Shown one piece after another: positions 22,271 to 35,500 of a stretch of DNA of 64,000 nucleotides. This DNA comes from Ophelia neglecta (taxonomy: Eukaryota), in contig OZ260663.1 in assembly GCA_965285935.1 (NCBI GenBank), positions 48,608,001 through 48,672,000 on the forward strand. The letters are read 5' to 3'. Below the pieces are notes generated by a model, which saw only the letters and a program-made list of their open reading frames with translations, made no database searches and was not told the DNA's origin. The stretch's first letter is position 1. Every line of letters starts with the position of its first letter. The translations under genes were made by a program, and so were the position numbers.

Positions 22271-23166
22271 TAGGTGCTTACAGAGCAGACAAAAATCTAT
22301 CGATGAATTTCGAGATTTTTTTGGTATATCTATCAAACGAGTGGTGGCAATTCAATGTTTTACTTTTAATTCCCTTCAGATGAAGAAAGTATGATAAGTT
22401 AACTTAACAAAGATGAGAGGTAAAAATATGGCGTTATTTCACATTTGATCAGATTGTTTTATATTTCATCAACAGTTAGAATTATTCTTTTTTGAATATG
22501 GTTGATTGTTCAAATATAACTTTCAAGTGCAAATGTGCATGCATATGGTTTATTTCAAGGTGTTTCAAGGCATGCATCCGAGTAAGCATTCTACTGCAAT
22601 ATGTCCAATATCTTCTAATATCACTCACCCAAACAAAGCATAGCTGAATATGGTGTGGTTCGTGGGCCTTAATAACCAGTTACCGATAGATAATATTTAT
22701 ATCAACATTAAAATTTCAAAATGATAACCCTTTATGAGCGTTTGTCAAACAACCCCAGTTCAAAATTTTCATTTTTAGAAAGTAATATTTGGAAGCTTAA
22801 ACACAGCAGCACAGGTACTAGCATCCAACCAAACAGAAGATACAATCGGTGAAATTATCCTAGAAACCATAACATTAATATCATATCACGTTAGCCAAAA
22901 ATATGTACAGGTTTAGTAACTGGTTAGGGAAAATCCTTCAATCTACACAATATTACCAACGATCACAGCCTATCAGCTTATGCACATGTAAATAAAGCTC
23001 TCAATCTATGCGAACGATAACCAGATAACCAACTGGACGGCTTTCACCATCAAAAGAAGAATAAGACCTGTTATGTGTGACTTACAATTAGCCCCCATCA
23101 GCGGGTGACTACATCAAACTACACCATTGTGTATTGATGTAAGATTGACGAAGATGTCTCTCGTAC

Positions 23167-23520
23167 CTATGAAAATTGATAATATAAGTCCAAGAAGAAG
23201 GAAAACTTAAAATTATCAAGAGATTTTACACAATAAACCCGCCAAAATAAATCCTACGCTTCCAGACAATTGAACTTCCGCCACCAAAAATATAGTCCCA
23301 AGCGTAGTATTTATAGCTTAGAAAAAGATTAGAGGCTAAATCTAAATATGAAGGTGCTCCTATCGTTAACTTTTGCTATCTTTGCTGACACTGTTAATTA
23401 AATGTATGCTAGGAAGAGAAAATTGAAAGTGTGATTTGTTTTAAGCGCAATAATATATAGGAATCGTATAACGTGATAGGTCTTTTGAAAATAGTTTGCA
23501 GCCGGGCACTTGTTGTCAAA
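23167..23520. promoter_or_regulatory. Probable bidirectional promoter and NIPBL non-coding first exon, between NIPBL and SCP2
   Basis: The NIPBL ATG exon starts at an acceptor (21408), so an upstream UTR exon is required. A candidate minus-strand donor AG|GTACGA lies at 23167 and an ETS-like ACTTCCG at about 23274-23280. The SCP2 ATG is at 23521 on the other strand. Confidence 0.45.
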
Positions 23521-26500
23521 ATGGCTGCGCCCATGAAGGTTTATGTTATTGGTGTTGGCATGACCAAGGTAAGTTTTATAACAAATCGTGATGATATCCT
23601 TAATGTAGTCAATCGATCTCTACCAGTAAGTCTTTTTTAGAAAGCACTGCAATTCACGAGTAATGTCATTCATTCATAAACAAGCAAAGCGGAGAATGAA
23701 AGTGCTGTTTTGAGGGGGCCGGGGGTGGGGTGGGGGGGGGGGGGTGCTGTCAAGCGAGCTACGAGCTTGACTGATACCCAACCCCTCTTTACCTTCCCCC
23801 CCCCCCCCCGATATGTAATTATCAACAAGTACCTAATGATAATGACATGGCTATGCATATATACATGTATGTAAGCCCCTAAGGGTGGGGGGGGGGGGGG
23901 AAATTACGACCCTCGGGACTCGCATTCTTAATTGATCGTGATGCGAATGATGTATTATTTTATCGTGCCTCAGAATTTGACATTTCTTTGCAATCAAGGA
24001 TTTCCATTTTGTGTAATCTGGGACTTAACTGATAAGTTTATCTTTTTGGCGTATTTGTGCCAAAACATACATTTGTGACATGATTAAGGTCATGCCACAC
24101 GTAGCTTGCTTATCAGCATTGCCATTCTGTAGGCATCAGATTTGAACTTGACCTACTTTTTCAAGCGGTGAGTAGTGATGGGCCGATGATCGATAAAAAA
24201 AAAGTCGGTTGTTTTATAGCTGTTCAAACCAAGCCTTTGCGATTTTGTCAACGTGCCGGCCATTGCAATTGCCACAAAATGTCATGTCTGAGGTCACAAT
24301 TAAGCAACAGGTATTGATTGGCATGGGCAGCTAAGGATGAGCCATAGTACAAACTCCCCCTCTTTTTTGAGGGAGGGAGCAGAAAAAGTGGGGAATGTGT
24401 ATTGCGGTCGATTCTCAGCTGCTGCAGATGAGGAAACAGCATCTTGAAAAATTTTGTAGATCTGTTCTCTCATCTTCCCATACTGTAATAAGTTTGTATA
24501 CCCCTATGTACAGGGAAATATATTATCATATTCTCAATACTTCTTACCTATACAAAGGGGGTGCAAGTAATAAACAATATGTCTTAGTAAATGTATACAA
24601 CATATGTATGTGTATGCACTACTTCCATTTCTGTCTACACCATTAGCACTAGTACAAAGCCTGCAGACTAGGAAATTATCTGTCCATAAGTTTTATCACA
24701 ACCATTACACTTTGATATGTGAAATGCTGGGATGATGGTTTCACATACTCAAAGTTCAAGGAGCTGATGAGCTGCGCAGTACTGATCGAGCTTTAAACAA
24801 GGTGGACTATTAGATCTGATTCACCTTTAGCGTGGGACTGCAGATAACAAAGTATTAGTATTAGATGGTGGTATTAAGCCTGTAGAAAAAAGGTTTAACT
24901 CTAGCACCCATCAGTGCCAAACTTGTCAAAATGCCTGAACCAAATAAGGTCTTCGTAATTGGAGTTGGTATGACCAAGGTAAGAGTAACTGTTTAATATA
25001 CTATGCTCTTAGTTTATATGCAATATATGTTTTTTTTACAGCTGTTATGCCATACTTTATTTAAAGAATAGAGTTTTCTATGATAGGAAACTATTTTTTG
25101 AAATTTAAAATTATATTTCAGTTTGAAAAACCTGGTCGCCGAGATGACTTTGACTATCCGGATATGGCAAAAGAGGCGGGTATGTTCATGAAAATCTTTA
25201 TAAATTGTTCAGTAAATGTTATTCATACTATCCCTGTGGGCTGGGTAGATAATAACCTAAGAATATCACGAGATGATTATTATATTTCACTGATATGTGT
25301 AATTTCCAAAATCCCAAATTTGGCCCTGTTACACCTCTAATAACCCCCTCCCTCTTTAAAAAAATTAATTAAATTTGTAGAATTGTGAAGTATTTTAGGC
25401 AAAGTAGAAATTATCATTTTAAGTACCAGATGTTTTGGTTTCCACCACAGGTTATAATGTACCTGGGCTAATTATTACAGCTAAAAATAATTAAAATTAT
25501 ATGAAACTGAAGTAAATGAATTATTACAGGGTTATTAGAGGCAATCGGTTAATACCAACAAAACTGGTTTACATTATACATGGTATATCTCAATATCTTA
25601 ATCTGATAAAAAGATTATCTCCCTCCCAACTTCTCAAGTGGGTTTTTTAACTGGGCCCTCTTAGTTTGGAAAAATATCCCTGCTATCTCAATTTTAACCC
25701 ACCTTTCTTTCAGATACCTATTGAATCATCTAGAAGTTTTTCATCTTATAATAAAATATTTTAATGTAAATGCAAGACTCAAACACAATAAACCCTTTGC
25801 TAGTATCAATCATGTTGAATGATTTAAGTATATTTATTACTATGTGTATTCTGCTGTAGGTACAAAAGCCTTAAAAGATGCTGGGATAACGTATGATGAA
25901 GTACAGCAGGCTGCTGTTGGCTACTGCTATGGTGAGTCACTTATTTCCCTGACCACCTCATAAAGAAGCATATGAACCTCATTATGTCTTAATTTAGCTG
26001 ACAGTGCCATGGCAATGCAAATTGGTGTGTTACACTTCCTCTGTAGCATTTGCTACCAATCAGGTTTCCCAGTCAGTCATAATGCACAATACAGACTATG
26101 ATACATCAGTACATGTACGATAAGCTGTGCATACACTTCTCTGAAAATTCATGCACATGACTAAAATAACTAATCACAAAAAAAAATCCTGGAATAGTTA
26201 AGATTGGCCACAAATATAAGTTATTATAATGATTCTAAGCTATAGCCAAGAAAGATCCTATGGCCTGTGACTCCAGAATTATTTTCCGGCTCATTTAAAG
26301 CCTTCCGAGTTGGATATTTGTTACAAATTCTCCTTAAAACCAATGTACATGCTCCGAATACTGAGTACTAAATGTTGAAATGCCATTATTTCATTGTGTA
26401 ATGACTGATACAATTGAAATCCCATTGAGGTTGGCATATTTTGTATGCCAGAATGCATACCCCGATCCATATTATTAAGGTGTGTTTAAGGGATATTGCC

Positions 26501-29500
26501 CAACTCTTTACTGTAGGAGACGCATGGTTTAATGGTTAATTCTTCTCATTTTAGGTGACACAACCTGTGGACAGAGGGCGCTATATCAGTTAGGCATGAC
26601 TGGGATTCCTATATACAATGTAAGGGCATTTAAAATTGATGAGCAAAAAAAGGTTTTTTGTCAGATAGAATCATTCCTTTGTGTACTCAATGATATCACA
26701 CCTGGAGACTTGACAAATTCACCATGTATAATTTCTCTCTTATCAAGAGTTTTTTAGTCAAATTTTGGTTGATGCGCTCTAATCCTTATGTACTGGGAAT
26801 GTACATGTATCTACATTTATTATTAAATATTTGTTTCTCAGGTGAATAATGCTTGTGCGACTGGTTCAACTGCTCTTTCAATGGCAAGGCAGTTCATTGA
26901 AGGAGGTAAGATGACATTTCTTTGTATTCAAAAGAAACCCCCCCCCCCCTTAGCCACCAACAAATTCCACTGATAGTTTTCTTAGGGTAGAGTTCTAGTC
27001 TTTAGACTATTTTGGGGTCAGACCTGTATTACTAATCACAATGCATTATGATACACCCTGAAGGGAAGGTTACCAGTAATGTCTGTGTAGTTATGACAGT
27101 AAGAATATGCGATATATTTTATCTTTGTGAATTTCTATCCTTTCTCTTAAGTTTTTCTGTTTCAGTTTGTCAATTTGGTGCATGGTTTTCTTTTAAGTAT
27201 TTGATCCACCATGCCGTTAGCTGGGGATTTGTGTGGCATGCTTTGATTTCATCATGCAGGGCTCACTGTAGTCTTATTGCCTGCAATAATCCTGAGACTC
27301 ATTTGCAGTCTGAAGCTTTCTTTGAGTGATTTAGATTGGGTTGGTAGAAATCTGTAGGTGGTGCTTAATTTCATGAGAAAGTTTGGTGTCACGATATGTG
27401 TCTATGGAAGGGAAGTAAAAAGGAGTGAAGAACAATAATAAACATAACAGTATAAATGCATTAAAAGGGGTTTCACAATGTAACCCAATGTAACCATTCA
27501 AAATATTATTTACTCTGTCATGGGCCACCATCTCTATGCTCCTGGTTCATAGCAGTATGTAAAAAATCATAGGAACATGTCTGTTGTGCAAGACTAGAAT
27601 CACTAGATGTATATGTAACATTGTTTTATTTGCCCACCATTAATAAAGTGTTCAAGATAGATAGAAATGTGATTTCTGAAGCCTGGCTATATTTCACCAC
27701 GTGTTTATTTGCATTGCCCATTCTCGTAGTTGATAACATGTTTAGAAGGGAATTTTTATCATCTGTTTTTGCATATTCTTTCAAGTCTAGGTTTATGAGG
27801 CTCAATCACACCCAAAAAGATAGTTTTAGCGTTGAAATCATTTTCAATTATATGCAAGTACTATACAGGTGTCAGTGAACATTATTTAATTTGGTGTGTT
27901 GTTTGTGATTTACTTATTAGGTTTGTCCGAATGTACACTAGCAATTGGCTTTGAGAAAATGGAAAGAGGATCATTGAAGTCCAAGGTAAATTGTAGGGAT
28001 GGGACAATCTTGAATATAATCAAAAATTAGTTGATAACTTCAACCAGTTCTACTCATCAATTGCAACTTCAATTATTGGTTATAATTGTAATATAACTTA
28101 AAACTTTTAGTTTTCTTTAACCAAGTGGCTAAAATGAATGTAAAACCTATGCAAATTGGCATTATTTGAAGTCCATTTTATTAAAGCTTAGTCGAACATG
28201 TACAGTAATCAAGTATGCCCTTACATACGGCCATGGCCTAGGCACAGACGATTGGCACAGATGACCATTATGTATGCAGGGGAAACTCCAGTCTCAACAC
28301 TAATGTCATTGTGAAATCCACACTATCCAGACTCAGCTTTTTAAATTTGGCATTTTATCTATTATAAAGATGGTGAACCGGTGTATCCTATTTTCCAGAA
28401 ATCAATGTTTTATATTTTCCATTGAACTTATCCTTAAGGTTTGCTTAACTTGATTTCCTTTAATAATTTCCGCTGATTTTCTTAGTACACAGATCGTACC
28501 AACCCAATGGATAAACATGTTGGGGCAATGTTGGAATTAGCAGAATTAGCGCATTCTCCAATAACTGCGCAAATGTTTGGAAACGCTGGTCGGGAACACA
28601 TGGAAAAATATGGTGATTAGTTTGCTAATGATAATATTAAAACCATGCTTATTGATATCTTTGAAAGGATTTGCAAAGAACATTATAAATTCTACAAAAC
28701 TAAAATTAGGGAAAAACAAATAAATGTAGAACTACTAATGGCAGATGAAAGGATGGAATAATATTCTAAGAATAATTGATTTACAATCAATCTTTCTTTT
28801 ATAGAACAAGCAATAGAAAACTCATCAGTTTATCAATTAAACTCATTTATTCCATTTATTTTAAATGCATGCAGATATTTCTGTTGGTTAAACATAATGA
28901 TGAGCAGTACAGTGAAATATTTTATTTTGTAAATTCAGGAACAAAACCAGTACATTTTGCTAAAATTGCTTGGAAAAACCACAGACATTCGGCAAATAAT
29001 CCATATTCACAGTTTCAAGAAGAGTACAGTTTGGAACAGATTGAGAAATCACCAATGATTTATGAACCCTTGACTAAACTGCAGTGCTGGTAAGTTTCTT
29101 TTGTTTATATATAAATTTACTTTGTTTTTTTAAACAAAGTACCAAATTTTCCATTTATACTTATAAATAACAAGGTTATCTGTTATTGTATTGAAAAATC
29201 AGGTTTGGCATCTCACAGCCTGCAATTTTTTAGACGGCGATATCTAACATCTCATACTTGTGCAATTTTGTTTGTGAGCTTCAACGGATGCAAGCTAGGC
29301 TGTGGTATTATCCACTCAACAATGAGGATCGGTGGTATGTCAGGATATACTTAAGCGATAAACTTGGTTATAAAGCCTACTAATTAGGCTTTTAAGGGCA
29401 GTTCTGACAGAGCAAATGAGGGGATTGTCAGCCAGGAGCCCACAAAGATGACTGTAGATGGTTGGGGGAGGGGGGGGGGGGCATAGACAGGGGTTAGATG

Positions 29501-32500
29501 GGATGGGTTAGGATAGGGGTGTGTGGGCATAAAAAGCATTGATAATCATGATCTAGCTCAGTTGTTTTAAGATTTAAAATCAATATACCCCTCCTGTACT
29601 CTAACCCATACCGGCCATACAGTATAACACTTTGTTAAAAACCCCAGTTCTGGTATATAAGAGGAGAGGAGAGATACCAATACACATTAATATGTTTCAG
29701 TCCCACATCAGATGGTTCAGCTGCAGTGATTTTGGCCAGTGAGGACTTTGTCAAACGCCACAACCTGCAGGCTCAGGCAGTGGAGATTATTGCTCAGACC
29801 ATGGCCACAGATTTACCTGGCACCTTTAAAGATAAAAGTCACATGAAAGTTGTGGGATATGATATGACGAAGAAGGCTTGTGGAGAGGCTTTTAAGAAAG
29901 CAGGTATGTACTTTCTCAAACGCAATAAAAGATTGCTCAGCCTCTTTTTTCTGCCTTAGAAGATTGATGCTTTGTATATAATGTGATTAGAAATCACACA
30001 GGTATCCCCCATCTATTATATATTACCCAATTGTTTACGATTTTTCTCGGCCGCTGACGGACGGTACGCCCCCAACTTTTGGCGACGCCTTTCTGTCCGC
30101 TCCAATCGTGGAATTTTTTATTTCGGACCAGTTCGGTACGATGTAAACCTTCGAACCGTGCGCGTTTGCCTTTTCGCTCGCCTCTGTCGTCTGCCGATCG
30201 CCGCCATTTTATCCGGTTGGGTTGGACACTACCCTTCGCAGCAGGTGCCAATGCTTATCGCATCTAGCTTCTCCGCATCACCGCTACCGGCGAAGAGAAC
30301 AGAGTTGTGTGCACTGCTACGAAGGGAAGGTGGATACCCGACCATGCAGTCTCGATACGAACGACTCGCAGCTTTGAATATTCGTACGCCACAGTCAGCT
30401 GTGTATTTCTTGGGAAAGGAGGCCGATTTGATGAGTAATATATTGTCGGATACTTGCTGCATGAGTCGATTCGATTTGTTTGTTTATTAGAATGTTTTCG
30501 ACATCACCAAAACCCTCTGACAAAATAGACAGTTTGTACTACTTTTTACCAGTCTACGGCTCACTGACTTCGTATCAATGCGCTGGATTCCTTTATAGCT
30601 TGACCCGACCTATTTTCATTCCCACGCGTGTTATTGTTTGTATATATAAGGACAGCGATGGCTATATGTACATATGCCCAGTGGACACCTTGCACTGGCA
30701 GAATATATGCAAAAATTGAGGTATTATTGGCAGAGTAATGTGTTGGTAACAAACTATTGCAAACGCCTGATGTTTTGGGATATCATTGACAGCAACAAGT
30801 ACGGGAAACGTCATGAATTAGCTGTGATATAATAAACTATTATGACAGGCTTCTTTACAAGTGTTGACACCTGTCAAATCAAATTTGTATGCTACATTGT
30901 TACTTTCATTTTAACACGGCGAGTAATAAACAACATGGGAGGTTGGTGCCAGTTAATCATTCAGTCGTCTTAGCTATGACCCAATTCGAAATGTGATATT
31001 CAACACCTCAGAACAAAGCCTACTGGTGATCAAAGGGCTGTCATTTTTTGATTAATGAATGAGTTCTCCTCTTGGGAAAAGTGCTCAATACTATGCCATT
31101 TGTAGATACCCTTGCAAGGTTAAATATACATGGCCAGGGGATCAAAGGGCTGTCAATATTTTTTTAATGCGTGAGTCCTTCTTGAGGGTAAACGACAATA
31201 AAACGAAGTCTTAGACACGTGTCTAAGGGATCTACTATGATCATGTTATTCTATACATAAACCGACAATATTTCTCACGGTTTAAACTAGAATCTAAGTA
31301 GCAAAGATCTAATTAAAATCGACATACACATGTACCGGGGCACACGTTCATGTATATAGGCTTACAATGAGGCAGTACTGACATGCCTGATCGTGAGACA
31401 TAATTGAAACTTTCGTTCCGTAGAATTAGCATTCGCTGTACTCATTCGCTGTACTCATTTGCTGTACTCCCTGACTCCAGTGGCGTAGGAAGCGGGGGGG
31501 GGGGGGGGGGCATTTAAAAAAGTGGGGGGGGGGCATCAAATGTTTAGGCCCACCCACTTTTTAATGATGACCCTCTTACTTTTTCCCCTCTCAAAATGGT
31601 GTAATGCAGCAGTGGTCAGAAGCGTCTGTCCTCAGTTGGCTAGACCATAATCAAATAGTTACCTGTGGGCAGGTTATTTACAAACCAATACACACCCGAT
31701 AATTGAATTTATTCAATGTTTTTTTGGCACGTAAAAATCAATGTACAGTGGCAGAGGAAGCAAGAGGGGCGGCATGACCCACCCCCCCCCCCCCCCCCGA
31801 CTTAAAAAAGTGGGGGGCCATCATATGTTTTGCCCCCCCCCCACACACACACACCCCCTTTATATGCTGCTGACGTAAAGTTGGCCCCCTCACTGATTTT
31901 CCTTCCTACGCCTCTGGACTCATTACTGAACTAAGACAAAGCTGCCACACGGGGATTTATTTGGAGAGATAGAAAAATGCAGGGAAATTATTTGTTATTG
32001 ATATTAAAATGTAGGGAAACTGTTTGCAGTGATTCAAATTAAACTGTACGGATATTTAATTGTACCGGTTGGGATATGATTAGAAATTTAATGTAGGAAT
32101 TCAAAACTAAATGTGTGAATAAAATTATCTCAATTGTGAGGGAATAAGGACATTACCGTTACTATATTTATATAATTATTGTAGGGCTACGTTTGGGGAC
32201 TGCTCAATTTACATTCATAATGAGTGCCTGTGCGACGGGGACCTGTTACAAGCAGTATACCTAACATTAGAGGGTTATGTTTCCAAACAAATAATACTAA
32301 CCCCCAAAAATGACACCACCTTGACCATCAACAGAGAAATCATCAAACAACTCCCAGGGAGCAAAAAAATAAAAAATACCTGAGCATTGACTGTATTGTG
32401 TCCCACAACCCTGACGAGAACAATTTCCCAGTTGAATTCCTCAACAGTCTCACTCCGTCAGGAATGCCAGAGCACAAACTGGTCCTGAAGAAAGGTGCAT

Positions 32501-35500
32501 TGATAATGCTCCTTCGTAACCTTGACATAAAAAAATGGCATTTGTAATGGAACCCGCCAGATTGTTCGTCACCTTCATGCCGACACAATTGACACAGTGG
32601 TTGTGGCGAACACACAGGCAGGGAATAGGATTCTCATTCCCCACATTAAACTCGCCTCATCAGATGTGAATTTGACTATCATCCTAGAACGCATCCAATT
32701 CCTTGCTCGGATAGCCCATTTAATGACGATCAACAAGGCGCAAGGGTAAACATTCAAAGAAATAGGCATTTACTTTCCTGACCCTGTTTTCACACATGGA
32801 CAACTGTACATAGCCTTCTCACAGACAAAATCATTTCAACGCATTAAAGTAAAAATCGAGAACACCAGAAAGCAGGGTTATGCATCAGACACCATGACAA
32901 CAGTCACCAAACATGTTGTGTATCCTGAAATTCTTCAATGAACTGCTCGAGAGGTGTTCACTGGATGACTGGAATAAAACTTAAGACTACCTTTGCTATG
33001 TATTTTTCATTCAAATCTGTTTACACTTTTATTGTTTTGTCTCTCCCAACATTGGCAATATATAGGCACTATCATTTATGATGGATTCCTTTATACCATC
33101 TTACTTTTCTATTTTTTTGTCTCAACCCAGCATTAGTAACAAATGAAAACTGCCCTCTTCGAATAGACCACCATTCAATCCACTGCTGCCCTTTTCACCG
33201 TGGTTGCCCACGGGTCACTGCTAGTAATGAATATTTGGCTATATGCCCTGTTTAGAACAAATACCTATTGAGTACCACCACAAGTTATGCAAGTGTATTG
33301 ACTACGAGTGGGAAATGATGAAAAATCCATGACCAGAATGTAAAAAAAAAGTTATGTATTTTGTTTATTTTAATTATAACATATAATTTATTTGTTACCC
33401 TGAATAAAAAAATTTGGTTATTATATACCCATAATTTACTAGTCTAAGGTGTATGGACATTATATTGAGTAAAACGTGGCATTACATTTCTATCTCGTGC
33501 AAATGTTGCATGTTGTGTTAGACATGTGTATGTAGTAACTTGTGGATGTATGTAATGATGGGGTGGAAGCTGATCCTACACACATTTAGACATTTTTAAT
33601 GCTGTGATAGTGACTCTGGCAGCATGGCAAAATGATTGCTTTATCATCCTGAAGTGAAAGCTGCATAAACACAAATTGCTATAATTTACTATTTTACATG
33701 TTAATAATACCTATATACATAATAATAATTTGCTGTTATTGTGATCCTGGCAGCATGGCATAATGATTGCTTTATCTAAAGAAAGCTGCATAAAATCAAA
33801 TTGCTATAATTTACTATTTTACATGTTAATAATACCTTTATTCATAATGATAATTTGCTGTACTTAACTATTATCGTATTTGCCTTTCATACTATTCAGG
33901 TGTCACAGCTGATGATGTGCAGGTGGTTGAACTACATGACTGTTTCAGTGCCAATGAACTAATCACATATGAAGCACTTGGACTTTGCAAACCAGGTATT
34001 AAAATTGCATTTTATACTCAATGACAGGAATAATTTAGGGCCTTGATATCAGAATATTGACATACTGCTGTCAAAATTATGTGTATCTCATAATTCTATC
34101 ACTATCGAGCACAGGTACCTGAGGCGCTTGTCTGCTACTACCTATGAATAACTAAAGGTATGCATATCTGCAGTGCGCACACTGTTAATGGCGTACCACT
34201 ATATTGGCAGCTTTTTTGGCCCTTCATTAGGTCACCAATATCTTACTTTAGCTCCTCAGCTGCCTTTACAAGGTTAGCCAGTATTACATAACAATTTCAA
34301 TCAATTAGAGCCTTTTCTTCAATTTCAGTCCATTTTAGGCACTTGTGAAGCCCCTTCCTATTACGTTCTGTAATTTTTGCCAAATTTCAATGGTATATAG
34401 CTTGCCATTGAAGGCTGTGATATACCTGCGAATGAGGCAGGCTTACTGCATGCAGCATCTCCGCAGTGCAGCAGAAGCGCATTTCGGCTGTGCTCTTGTC
34501 TGCAATTAGAGCCAATCAGTAACTGAGACAGAGACAGGCCCAGCTTCAAATTTTTGGTAACAATGATGGACATTAACCATGTCCAAACATGGTTAAATAT
34601 GAAGTCCCAGAATTAGCAACTGCATTCAAAACTCACAGCTAAAGAGTAAGCAGCAAAGTGAGGATGATCCCAACGATATGCTAGCCCCTAGCTCCTTTTA
34701 TGTCTTCAATTCCAGAAATTTTCTTATCCAACAGTCTTCGACCATACTAATAACTTAAAAATTCTTTAACAATTGAGTAAGTGTGTCATGTATGAGGGGT
34801 TGTAATCGAATTTGTTGTAAGGCATATTCATGTGAAAATACATCCTAAACTGTTAGTACTTACCCCACTTACAGTAGGGTCACAAGTTGTTTACAATTTT
34901 TGTAAGGAAGTACAAGTTTATGGTAGTTTACACACCTAGGTATCATTAAACTTTTCCATAAGCTAGTCTTTTTTATACCTCTGCATATACTGGACACCAT
35001 GTTCCTCATTCAAGGTGAAGCTGGTTCTTTGATTGACCGAGGTGACAACACCTATGGAGGGAAATATGTCATCAACCCAAGTGGAGGACTGATTTCTAAA
35101 GGACACCCACTTGGTGCAACAGGTTGGTTTTGTTTAAAATATTAGTTAACCCTGTGGATCTAATGTACCTTTGGATTACACAATGATTATTATATTGTAC
35201 TGTGAACCTAAACAGCTTGGGGATAGGGCTTATTGGTTGGAACCCAATTGAATATGCATGTGCAGCCCCCCCCCCCCCCTTCTGGTTGTGCAATGTTTCA
35301 AAGCCTGGGTGTATTAAATCATATCATATTTCATTCCACCTTGATAGATAAATGTAGATCATTTCCTTTCTAGGTTTGGCTCAATGTTCTGAGCTGTGCT
35401 GGCAGCTCAGAGGTTTGGCCGGAAAACGACAAGTCAATGGTGCAAAAATTGCATTACAGCATAATGTGGGCCTCGGAGGAGCAGTGGTGGTCACCTTGTA

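Larger units (their letters stand above)
30012..33224 (+). mobile_element. Non-autonomous/decayed Helitron in a SCP2 intron
   Basis: 5' end TCTATTATATAT follows host A (30011). The 3' hairpin CCGTGG-TTGC-CCACGG (33198-33213) is followed by CTAG (33221-33224) and host T. No TSD; an internal PIF1-like helicase remnant is present. Confidence 0.85.

Noticed and set aside
23713-23900. Poly-G/poly-C runs as functional G-quadruplex elements
   Set aside because: Such homopolymer runs are scattered throughout the window (e.g. 613, 31494, 53759, 60557, 61031) and appear to be a genome-wide feature or MITE debris.
31431-31469. Short tandem repeats resembling a CRISPR-like array
   Set aside because: Three 13-bp units with no spacers, in eukaryotic transposon DNA.
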